From Cyanophora paradoxa CCMP329 (Eukaryota; Plantae; Glaucophyta), in the NCBI GenBank assembly GCA_004431415.1, contig QPMI01000189.1, forward strand, positions 1-64,000: a stretch of 64,000 nt of DNA, read 5' to 3'. Positions 1-10,984 of the stretch are shown one piece after another. The notes under the pieces were generated by a model. The model saw only the letters and a program-made list of their open reading frames with translations, did not search any database and was not told the DNA's origin. The number at the start of each line of letters is the position of its first letter. Position 1 is the stretch's first letter. The position numbers were made by a program, and so were the translations under genes.

Positions 1-409
1 ATATCCGGTCGTGCTCGGCTGGTCCGTGCCGATCGATAATCCGGTCGTGCTCGCTTTGCAGAACGCACTCTAGCTCGTTGGTCTGTGTTCGACGAGCTCA
101 CGGAGGGGGTGCAGTGCCAAGTGCTCTTTTCAGGTACCCGTGACCCCGCTCCCCACTTCGTTCTCAACTCGACAACGGCTCCGGCGGCCCGGCCCGGCGC
201 GGGCATGCGCTTGCAATTGCGCGCGCAATTGCAATTGCTAGTGCCTTGATTGCTCGGAGAACGCCTTCAGATTTCGAATTTGATCGGGCGCGAGCCTCGG
301 AGCGCGCCAAGAATTAATATTCGAAGGCCGGGTGCTGGCGGGCGGCACTGCTAAGCTCGTACAGCTGTACATGTCTAAGAAAAAGAAGGCTCGGCAAGGG
401 AAGCTCGCG

Positions 410-3400
410 TCAGGGCCAGCCGGCGTGGAGGGGGACGGCGTGGACGGCGGCGAGGTGCGTTGGGAGGAGGTGCGCGGGGGCGGCGGTGGTGGCGGTGGCG
501 GTGGCGGGGGCCGGCGGGTGAGGCGGGGCGGGCGGGGCCGGGGCGGGGCGGGGGGCGGCGGAAGGGAGGAGGGCGGAGGCGGCGTGGAGTGCGAAGGTGA
601 AGTAGGCGGCGAGGAAGTCGGGGAGGTCGGCGAGCAGGGCCGCCTCCCCCGCCAGCGCCCCCCGCGCCGCCCGCCCCGCCGCCTCCAGCTCCCCGCCCCC
701 ACCGGCCCCCCGCTCACCGCCAGCTCCGCCAGCCGCTGCAGCAGCCGCTGGAAGCGCGCCGCGAGGGGCGCGGCCCCGGGGCCGGGGCGCTCGCGCTCGC
801 AGGCGGCGCGGAGGCGGGCGAGGTAGGAGGCGACGGCGGCCTGCGCGGCGGCGTGCTCCGCCTCGAGCTCCAGCGAGAGCCGGCTCAGCGGCGGCGGCAC
901 CGCCGTCGGCGCCGGCAGCCCGGGGCCGCGCCGCTCCCGCGCTGCAGCTGCAGCGCCGCCAGCCGCGCCGCCTCCGCCGCGAAGGCCGGCGCCCCGGCCG
1001 GCGGCCCGCCCGCCTGCGCCCCCTGCGCCCGCGCCCGCTTCGCCTGCGCCGCGGCCGGTCAGAGGGCGCGGGGGCCGGGGGAGCTGAGGGCGCACGGGCC
1101 GGGCCCCTCGGGAGCCTCCTCGGGGGCCGCCTCCCCGCCCGGCGACTCGTCCCCACCGCTCGAGCTCTCCGCCTCCGCCTTGACGACAGCGGGACGCCCC
1201 GCCGGCCGCGGCGGCGGCTGCGGCGGCTGCGGCGGCGGCGGCGGCGGCGGCGGCGCGCTGGTTCTTGCCGGTGCCGGGGGCCGCCCGCGGCCGCGCTTGA
1301 TGGGGAGCCCGTTCTCGTCGTAGAGCAGCGCCCGCGCCGCCCGTACCCGCTTCCGCTTCCCTGCGGACCCGCCCCCGCCGACGAGGGCGAGAGGCCGCCG
1401 CCGCCGCCGCCGGCGGAGACGGGCACGACGCCGCCCGCCGGCCGGACGGCGGCGACAGCGGCAAAGGGCCCGGGGCGCTCACCACGCGCACCACCCCGGG
1501 GCCCCGCCCGTGCACCGCCTGCACCGCCCGCGCCGCCCCGGGCCCCGGGCGGCGGCTCTCGAAGGCGTGCGGCCGCCCGCGCCGCCGCTTGCGCCCGCCG
1601 TCGTCGCTCTCCTCGTCCGACCCGTCCTCCCGCCACTGCGCCGCCCCCTCAGCCGGCCGCGCCCCCGCGGGAGGGGCGGGGGGCGGGGCGAGGGGCGCGC
1701 CTCCTCCTCCTCGTCGTCCTCGTCGTCGTCGTCGTCGTCGTCCTCCTCGTCGGGGGCGGCGGGGGGCGCCTCCTCGGGCGGCTCGTCTGCCTCCACGTCC
1801 ACCTCCTCCTCCTCCTCCTCCTCCTCCCACGGCCCCTCCCCGCCCGGCCCTCCCCCGCCCCGCCACCCGCCCGGCCCGCCCCGGCCCGCCTGGCCCCGGC
1901 CCCGCCCCGGCCGCGGCCCCGCGGGGAGGCGCCCAGCGTTGAGGGCGCCGAGCCGTCGGAATAGACGGCGCCGCCCTCGGCGCGGCGGCAGCAGCGGCAG
2001 CAGCGGCGGCGGCGGCGGCGGCCATGCGCGCGTGGGCGGCGGCGATGGCGGCGGCCGTCTTCGGGGCCGCCCGGGGCCCGGCCCCGCCCCCGCCCGGGCC
2101 CGGCGGCCTGCCCCGGCCCCGCCGCACCGGCCCGCCTCCCGCCCGCCCCGGGGCCGGCGAGCGGAGGGCCCCGGGCGGCCGAGGCGGCTCTGCGAGGCGC
2201 TCAGGCGGGCGGGGCGGGGCGGAGGCGGGGCGGGCGAGGGCGCACGGCGGGGGGCTGTCGGAGAGGTCGAGGGGGAGTCGCGGCCGGAGGTGGCCCCAGG
2301 GGGCTGGGGAGGGGAGTTGCGGGAGGCGGCGCGCTGGAGGGAGCGGAAGGAGGCGGCGGGGCGGGGCGCGGGGGCACGGGATGGCGAAGGCGGCGGCGGG
2401 GCCGGCTGGACGGCCCCGGCGGGGCGAGCGGGCGACGAGGAAGGCAAAGAGGGCCTCCTCCCGGCGCGCCTGCCCAGCCGAGCCCTCCCGCGCACCGCCA
2501 GCTCCCCCGGCGTCTGCGCCAGCCGTCGGCCCGCGCGCGCGGCGGCGGCGGCGGGGCGGGCGGGGCGGACGAGAGCGTAGGCGAGGAGGGTGTCGGCGTC
2601 GACGGCGGCGGGCCCCGCGGCGCCGGCGAGGCCGCGGGGCACCCCGGGCTCCCACTCCTCCTCCTCCTCCCCGCGCCCCGCCCGCCCTCGCCGCCCGACG
2701 ACGAGGACGAGCACGAGGGGCCCCCGTGGGCGACGCCAGCGCCGGGCTCCCGCTGGGCGACCCCGCCGCCGCCGCCGCCGCCGCCGCCGCGGGTCGCCGG
2801 GCAGAAGAGGGCCTCGAGGCCGGCGCGCAGGCAAACGAAGAGCTCCCGCGCCGTCGCCCTGCGCCCCGCCCCGCCCCTCAGCGCCCGCCCGGGGCGAGGC
2901 GGCGCGGTGGCGCGGACGGGGCGCGGCGGAGGGAGCGGGCGTAGAGGGCGGCCTCGACGCTGGCGCGGGTGACGAGGCGAGGACGGTGACGTCGCGCGCC
3001 GCCCCCGCCCCCTCCAGCCGCCCCGCGTCTGCCCGACGGTCAGCCGGCGGCGCGGGCCGGCGGAGCCGGGGCGCGGGGCGCGCCTCGGGCGTCGAGGGAG
3101 TCGAAGAGGAGGATGGTGTGAGGGAGGCGCAGGTCCAGCCGCTGCCCCCGGGGCCCTCCGTACGGCCCCGCCCTGCTCCCCGCTCCGGCACCCGCCCCGG
3201 GCGGCCACGCCGGCACGGGGGAGGAGGCGTCGGAGCGGGAGGAGGCGGCCGGCGAGGGGGGCGCCGGGGGCGCGAGGGCCGCCGGGCCGAGCTCGGGGCC
3301 AGGCAGCGGCTCGTGGTCGGGGGAGAGGGGGAGCGCCGAGGTGGGGGTCGGCACGGGGGTGCGCCCCGGGCTGCCCGCCGAGGGGCGGGGCGGGGGGTGG

Positions 3401-6400
3401 CGGGGCGGGGCGGAGCGGGGCCCCGCGCGGGAGAGGCGGACGAGGTAGGCGAAGACGTCGACGTCGTCGGTGACGGGGCCGCGCGTGTAGCGGTAGCCGC
3501 GCAGGCGCAGCAGCAGCTCGAGCAGCGCCAGCGAGCGGGCGGAGCGGGCGACGAGGACGGCGCGGTGGCCCTCGGAGCGCAGCTTCTCGAGCAGGCGGTC
3601 CAGGAGGGCCAGCTTGCCCGACGCCGCGCACACGTGCTCGCTCACCCCGAACGCCTCCGGCCGGTACCGCTCCGCCCCGGGGCCCGTCGCCGTGTACGGG
3701 TGCGCGCAGATGCGCCGCGCCTCGCGCGCCACCGCCGCCACGCCGGGCCCGGGGAAGAGCACCTTCACTGGCGCCGGCGGCGGCGGCAGCGGCGCTGGCG
3801 GCGGCCGCGGCGGCAGCGCGGCGCTCGGCGGGGCGTCGGAGCGGCCGGGGAAGCGAGGAGGCGTTAGGGCGGGCGGCTGGGGGCCGGGCGGGGCTGGGCG
3901 CGGGGCCGGGAGACGGCGGCGGCGAGGGCGGGCCCGACGGAGGGGACGGAGACGGCGATGACGGGCGCCCGCAGGCCCGGCGGGGCGGTCCCCGCGGGGC
4001 CGTCACGGGGACCACCAGCCCCGGGCGCCCCGGCGAGGCGGCGGCGATGGCAGAGATGGCCGGCGCGGTGCCGGGGCACCCGGGGCCCCCCAGCGCCGGC
4101 GGCGCGGCGACGGCGCGGACGGCGACGGCGGTGACGGCGGGCGCTGCTGGCCGGGGCGAGGGGCGGGGCGAGGGCCGGCCGCACCGCGTGCACCGCGACG
4201 GCCCGCAGCGCCGCCCGGGGGCACGCCGGCCCCGGCGCGACCGCCGCCACGGCGCGCACCGCGGGGGGCGGCACGGGCCGAGGGCGGCGACGGGACGACG
4301 CCGGGGCGGCCCCCGCGGGGGAGAGGGCGGGCCCAACGGCGGCGACGGCCCGCACCGCGGGACGGCCCTCACGGCGGCGACCCCCGCCGGGGGGCCGGCC
4401 CGGGGCCAGCGCCGGAGGCGGCCCCGCGGGTGCGCTCCCGGCGCGACGCCCGGCGGCGCGGCCGGCTGCGGCGCGTGTGCCGCCGGCTGGGCGACGGGAC
4501 GGGTGCGGGTGCGGGGCGGGTGCTGAGGCGGGGGCGGGGCGGGGTCGAGGGCGGGCCGCGGCAGTAGGGGAGGAGGCGCTCGGTGAGAAGGGCGCGGCAG
4601 GCGCGCCGCTGCAGCTCCGAGAGGCCTGCGCGCGCTCGAGGTCACGCGGGGCGGGGGCACAGGGGGTCGGCTCGGGGCGGGGCGGGCCGGCGTGGAGGAC
4701 GACTTCGGTGGGGCGCGGCAGCTGCGCGTCCACCCCGGCCCGCGTCCGCCGCAGCATCACGCCCCGCAGCGCCACCGCAGCCCCTCCGCCTGCCCGCCCT
4801 CAGCCGCCGCCCCGCGCAGGCGCAGGCGGGCGCGGGGCGGGCGCACGACGGCGGAGGCCTCGAGGCGGGGGGCGGGGTGGCAGCGGGGCAGCCCCGTGAG
4901 GGCGGCGAGGAAGCGGCGGGAGTCGGGAAGGCGGCGGGGTCGACGGCGCGCAGGAGGGCGAAGAGGCCGTCGAGGCCGCGCCGCGCCGGGCGGTCGGTGA
5001 CGAGCACGAGGGCGGCGGGGCCAGCACGCCGGCGGCCGCCTCGAGGGGCGCCCCGGGCGGAGGCGGTGGGCGCCGTCGAGGAAGAGGCGGGGCAGGGGGC
5101 CGGGAGGGCGCGGCGGAGGGCGCCGGCGTGCGCCACGAGCGCCTCGTGCGGCAGCAGCGCCACGTCCGCCCGCCCCCGCCCCGCCCCAGCGCCTCCAGCG
5201 CCCCCGCCCGCGCCGCCCGCGTCCCCGCCACCACCGTCACCCGCAGGCCCGGCCCGAAGCGCGCCAGCTCCCGCTCCCAGCCCGCCAGCCGCCGCTTCGG
5301 CGCCGCCACCACTGCCCCGGCGTGAGCCCGGCGGCGGGCCGGCGAAGGCGGCCCAAGGGGCGCACCGAAGGGGCCGGGGGCGGGGCCGGCGTGGGCGGCG
5401 TGCGCCATCGCCGCGACGCACTGCACGCTCTTGCCCAGCCCGGCCTCGTCCGCTGGCGCCCCCGCCCCGTCACGCCCCGCCCCGCCCCGCCCGCGCCGCG
5501 CCCCGAGGGCGCACCGAGGATGCCGGAGCGGCCGGCGCGGATGAGGGCGCAGAGCCAGGTGACGCCCTCGAGCTGGTAGGGGCGCAGCGCTCCGCCCCGC
5601 ACTGCTTGCGGCTGCCGCAGCGCCGGCGGCGGCCGCGCCTGCGCCGCCTCGCGCGCCGTGCCGGGCTCGACCTTGACTGCCACGCCGGGCTCCAGCTTCA
5701 CCGCGGCCCCGAGTTCTGCGGCCCGTCAGCGGCGGGCGCGCGGCGGGCCGCAGCGCCGCCGCGGCGCACCGGCGAAGAGGGGGCCCGTCTCGCTGTAGGC
5801 GACCGCGGGGACGATGCCGGCCGTCTCCTCCCGCTCCTCCGGCGGGGCCGCCGCCGCGGCGGGGCTCCCGCACAGCGCCCGCCCGCCGCCTCGTCCCTGC
5901 CGCGCCGTCAGGGCCACGCCGGGCCCGGGCGGCGCGGGGAGGCCGGCACCAGTGGACGTCGAACTCGGAGAGCCAGAGGGGCCGGCGGCGGCGGGCGGCG
6001 GCGCGGCGGCGGGCCGGGGAGGGGCCGTCGGGGCCGGCTCGAGCTCGGCGGGCGGGGGCGCGGGGCCGGGGCGCGGGCGGCGAGGAGGGCGAGGAAGTCG
6101 AGGGAGGAGCCGTCCTCCGCGAAGAGCGTGCACGCCCGCGCCCCGTACACCCGCCCCACCCGCACCCGCCCCCGCCCCGGCCCCCGCCCGCCGCCCACGC
6201 CGCCCCCGCCGCGAACGCCGCAGCCGCCTCCCCCGTGTCCGCGCAGGGCACCGCCGCCGGGGCTTGCGCTGCCGGGGCGCGCGTGAGGGGGCCGTCCCGG
6301 CGGCAGGGCGGCGGGGCGGCGGGGGCACCGGCGCGGGGCTTCCAGGCGTCGTGGAGGTAGGTGCATGCCTCTTCGAGAGCGCGGCGGAAGAGGGCGTGGC

Positions 6401-7685
6401 GGGACTGGAAGCGGCGCTCCGCAAGGTGCGGCTCGAAGTCCTCCAGCGCCGTCGGGCGCAGCCACGCGCTGCAAAAGGAGCGAAAAGGAATCGGCGGCAG
6501 GAGCGCGACCGCGGAAGGGCGCCGGCACCTGTGGTAGCTCCCAAAGAACCAAACGAGAAGGAATCCCTCGCGGCGGGCCGAGCGCACGCGCGGGTCGCGG
6601 CCGTCGTCCGCAGTCACCTGGAGGCGCGCGTCGGCGCGCGCGAAGCGAGGCCGGGAGCGGTCGTCTGACCTTTGCCGGCCACCAGGGAAGTCCAGGGACG
6701 CGCGCCCACACGACTTGCCCCACCCGCCATCCTGACACGCGTTCTGAGCCCGGAGCGCTGCGGCCGGCGAGGCAGGAAGAGCGGCGCACGGCAGGCCGGG
6801 GGCCACGGGCGACCGGCTGCCGCGGCGCGCTCTGCGGCCGCCCGCTCGCGCTCGTCCTCGCTCGCCTCGTCTGCGGCGTCGTCCTCCGCGGCCCGCGCCT
6901 CCGCCTCGCTCGCCGACACGTCGCTCTCGTCCTCCTCCTCCTCCTCGTCGCCGCTGCTGGAGGGAGACCCGAAGTCCGCTTGATCTTCACTTGTCGCCTC
7001 CCCATCGCTACCCCGCAGCTCCGGCACAGACGCGACGGGCCCGAGCACGGGCCGATGCCAGCGCCTCTCGCCCGCGCCGCGGATCAGGGCCTGCATGTCG
7101 CTGCCGGCGCTTGAAAACACGCTGCGAAAGAGGCATGCATCAATTTCCGTGGGGCGGAGGACTCCGCGATCTGCCAGGTGCGCCACGCGAACCAGGGCAC
7201 GTCGGCCGTCGAAGGGAGCGCGGCGACGACGGCAGCCTTGGCGCGTAACTTGCGTCGCCGGGATAGTGCCATAGCGCGATCCTTGAAGAATTGTGCAACC
7301 CGCGCTGGCGGCGCAGCGCTGAGCGGGGCCCTGATCCTGTTCGGCTTCAGGTCGCCGCTGAACTCGATCTCGGCGGTCAGGAACCCTCCTGAAGCCGCGC
7401 GTCAATGCGCGGGCAGCGTGCGAGCTCACAGCCAGCGGTCGTACCTGAACACCGGACCGCGCCGAAGCTCGAAATCTGCGGGCGCGCGGGCGGAAGCGAG
7501 GCGCCCTGTTAGCGCTCCAGTGATCGAGAGTACGCGCTAGAGCGACACCCGCGCCCTCGCTTTCGGGGTGGGAGCCCCGAGGGATCCGGCTCGGGCGTCG
7601 GGCGCACCTGGGGCAGATCGATACTCGCGAGCTCGTCAACATCGCATAGCGATTCATCCGAACTGTCGCTGAGCTCCGCCGGCAT
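410..7685 (-). CDS. PWWP domain + degenerate SNF2-family ATPase/helicase-C + AT-hook chromatin protein (multi-exon)
   Basis: PWWP WRVGQVVWARVPGLPWWPAK (~6670-6730) and LVWFFGS; SNF2 Q motif GGALRPYQLEGVTWL; Walker A GILADEAGLGKSVQ (spliced); helicase-C ASGKLALLDRLLEKLRSEGHRAVL; AT-hook KRGRGRPPG (~1275-1300). Several frameshifts fall in C/G runs. Alternative in-frame ATG at 7736. Confidence 0.75.
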
Positions 7686-8097
7686 CCTCAAAGTTCGCTC
7701 AGCCGTCGGACACTCTACCCCCAACCTGCTGCTCATCGTGTGCCGACGGTGCGCATGCTCGTCCGGCCCGCGGCTTCTCGCCCCGTAGGTAGCACCGCCG
7801 ATTCTAGCTCGCGTTGCCCGCAGCTAGTATGCCCGTGTTATCAATGTGCAGCTGCAGCTGCGCACTGTCCGCAGAATACCCCCGAGCGCGGTGCTGCACG
7901 TGCACGTGCAATTCTGCGGCGCGATGCTGCATGCCAATCCCAGGTCTGGCGCCCCCGACTTGAATCGAACTTTCTCTTCAGCTTTGTGTACAAAATGATC
8001 TTGAGCGCCACGAGCCAGCTCGCGTGCGCGCGAGCCGGCCGGCGGCGCGGCGCCGGGGCCGGTCGGGGCAGCTCTTAACGTGCGCATGTGGCCGCAG

Positions 8098-9666
8098 CTA
8101 GCGCTGGAGCTCGGCCTGCCGGCACCGCCGAAGCAAATCGTACGCCCAGAGGTACTGCGGGAGGGCGGCAAGTCAGCTATAGCCGCAGAAACGCACGGGA
8201 AATCTTTGATGCTCGGGATATTAAATTTTGGGGAGGCAGCGCTCGCTGCAGATGGCAGCTGGGGCGGGAGCAGGTGAGTGCACCTGGTCGGGGAATGCCG
8301 CAACATACTTGGCTGCCGTGTCGAAGAACGCCTGGACCGTCGCTTCGACGGAGGCCCCTGCATAACGCTCGCGCGGTCACAGCCCGCGGCGCGGCTTGAA
8401 AACGACGGCGGATCCCGGATCTTTGTGGCGCGGCGGTCCGCGGGCGCGCACCCGGGTCTCCGGCGCGCGAGCCCTCCGCGACGCGCTCCATGAAGAGGCG
8501 GAAGGGCTTCTCGGAGCGCGACGAGTTCCGCAGCAGCTGTGCCCGCCCCCGCGCCGCCGCGTTAGTGAAGCCGCGATTGGATTCAGGGATCCGGAGGGAG
8601 ACCGGGGCGCGCACCGCGGCGAACCAGACGGGGGCGCCCGTGCGGGCGTGGAGGAGGCCCAAGCCGGGCGACGCCAGGGTGGTGCGGCCCAGGAAGCTCG
8701 CCTGCGCGCGCGCGTCCCGACCGGCACGCCCCCGGCCGCGCAGCAGAGCGGGCGGTGCCCGCACCGGAACGCGGGCGCGGCCGGAGAGCTGGTCGGCCAC
8801 CATGCCCACGATTTCGCCGCGGCCGAGCGCCGCCTCCATCGAGGGGAGCGCCCCGGCGCTCGGCAGCAGGCGCGCCCCGCTCCGCGACCTCAGCCGCAGC
8901 AGCCAGTCGTCCAGAAGCGAGTTGTGTAGCGGCTGCCGGGGCGCGGCGCGGGTTCGAAAGCGATGGGGATCAGCAGACACTCCTGTCGGGCGGGGAGGGC
9001 GCAAGGACCTTGTACGCTACGTTGAAGGGTCGCGGCGGGGACCCCGCCAGTTCTCGCACGAAGATCAAAGCTTCCCAGGCCCCTGCCCGCCGTTCAGCGG
9101 CAGGAATCGAAGCCCCCGGGTGCTTCAGCACCGAGATGCGCGGTGACGAGGATCACACCCCTGCCCGCGTCCAGGTCCTCAAAGTAGGTTGCCGGGATCG
9201 CGCCGTCGAAATCGATCCGCAAGCCGCCACCGACGCTGAAATCGGCTGCGCTGCCTGCAGCGGCTGCGCATGCCCCGCCTGCAGCTGCTGGCGAACGGGG
9301 CACGCAGCTGCAGCGGCAAGCGCTCAAGTCGATTGCAAGGAGCGTGCTGAGGTTCAAATAGGTGTGCTCCAGCACGCGCGTAGCGAAGGTCCCGCTCGGC
9401 CTCGCGTCAAGCTTAAGGAATGCCGAGACGTTGCGCCGAATCACTGCACGCCGTATAGGCAGGACTGCCGCAGTCGAATCAATCGCAGTCGAATCAAGTT
9501 TTAGAGTGCCGCGCAGCAGGCGCGCAGGCGCCGCCCGACGGGCGCCAGGCCTGCGGAGCGTACCTCGAGCAAGGACAAAAGCGATAAACCATGGTTGCAC
9601 TCCAGCCGCCAGCGCCACCTGCACAGCACGCAGAAGCGCCAGCTCCGCGTAGTGCCTTAACCGCAT
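8098..9666 (-). CDS. LpxL/HtrB-family (lipid A late acyltransferase-like) acyltransferase, at least 7 introns
   Basis: Spliced translation gives an N-terminal hydrophobic anchor, RRAVIRRNV, GRGVILVTAHLG|AWEAL (H-x4-E), YK|PLHNSLLDDWL, EIVGMVADQ, VP|ASFLGR, LHARTGAPV and FPDQ|YLWAY, in family order and joined by GT-AG introns. Confidence 0.85.
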
Positions 9667-9849
9667 TGCGTCCGGCGAACGAACTGCGGGCTCGAACGCG
9701 CTACCCCCCAGCGACGGACCGGCCGGGACCGCCGGGACCGGTCTCGGCTACTGTGCAGCTGAGAAGGCTGCTTGGGCAGGCCGGAGTAGCACTGAGCTGC
9801 CGGGGGCTGGCTGAGCTGCCCTTCGATCGAGCACTTGAGCGCCGAAGAC

Positions 9850-10917
9850 ATGGACGAGCTCGTTCCCGTCTCCGAGCGATTCGATGATGGCAGGTGACTC
9901 GCTAGGGCGCGTTGAGCGCGATTGGCTCGGCCGGCAACGCTGACTTGCTTCGAGCAGCGTATACTCCATGTCGGGACTCCGGCATATGATGGGTCAGCAC
10001 GACACCGGCCCCCTCGTCAGGCTCTGACCGCTGTTGCAGGCTTGCGGAGCGTCCCGAAGCTGCACCCGCTGCCTATGAGCTTCGCAGAGGCACACACCAG
10101 CTTGAATCTGTCGCGGATCTCGGCCTCGTCGTCGCGGACCCCTGCCAGGCGATCGCCCGCGCCGCAACGTACACCGTCCCCGGCCACCACGCGGCACCCG
10201 TCGCCCACCCGGTCGAGTGCGTCGACGCGGGTGGGAGCCCGGTCGGCGCTCGCGGCGAGCCCGAGCCCAAGAGCGTCCTACACGGGACGGTGGATAGAAG
10301 ACTTCCGCCGGGTCGAACTAACCGAGGAGGGCCCCGACGCGCGCTTCGACAGGTCAGCGTACAACCACCGCACAACCAGCCTCCGCACTAGCTAACCCAG
10401 CCTCAACAGGGATTCCGTCTATCATCCGCGCCCGAAGGTTTTGGACGTCATCGCTGCAGGTTCGCGCGTCGGCTCGGCTGCGTGTTCGCCCCTCAGCGGG
10501 CCGTAGGCGGCGCCGGCGACGGCTTTGGACGGCGCCGCTCCGCCCAGGGGTCTGCCTCGACGGCGGGCTCCCCCACCCCGCAGCACGCAGACGACGGGCC
10601 CATGCGGGCGTCCCGCGCGGCCTCGCGGCAGGCCTCCCCGTCCCGCTCCGCCCGCAGCTCCAGCGCGGCGCCCCTCTCGCGCGCCGGCTCCCCCCGCAAG
10701 GGCACCCCCCCTTCCGTACAAGAGTACCCGTGGCGCCTCTCCTACCCCATCGGCCAAAGGCGGCCCCGGCCCTGCAGCACCCTCGGTGGGCCCGCTGTCT
10801 CCGCCACACTGCCCGCCCTCTGCGTCTTGACCCCGCCCGGCAGGCAAGATCGAGAAGCAGGGCAGCTTCAGGCAAGCCTCGTGGGGCAGCGCGGCCGAGG
10901 CCCTCGGGTGGAGCTAG
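9850..10917 (+). CDS. Hypothetical Ser/Pro/Arg-rich protein (multi-exon)
   Basis: ATG at 9850 followed by GT-AG introns with CTGAC/CTAAC/TTGAC branch-like motifs; last exon GKIEKQGSFRQASWGSAAEALGWS*. No domain recognised. Confidence 0.5.
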
Positions 10918-10984
10918 CAGCAGCAGTAGCGGTTGTTTACACACAGAGGTCGAGAGAGGAATAGCGTGACGAGCGCTGCAGAGA

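Noticed and set aside
5000-5110. Three successive frame changes around SNF2 motifs II-III, suggesting programmed frameshifting or editing
   Set aside because: All fall in C/G homopolymer runs, so sequencing or assembly indels are more likely. Similar slips occur in other GC-saturated exons.
8098-9666. Bacterial contamination as the source of the LpxL-like sequence
   Set aside because: The gene has host-style spliceosomal introns, sits in a divergent pair with a host-like gene, and its last exon is duplicated elsewhere in this window.
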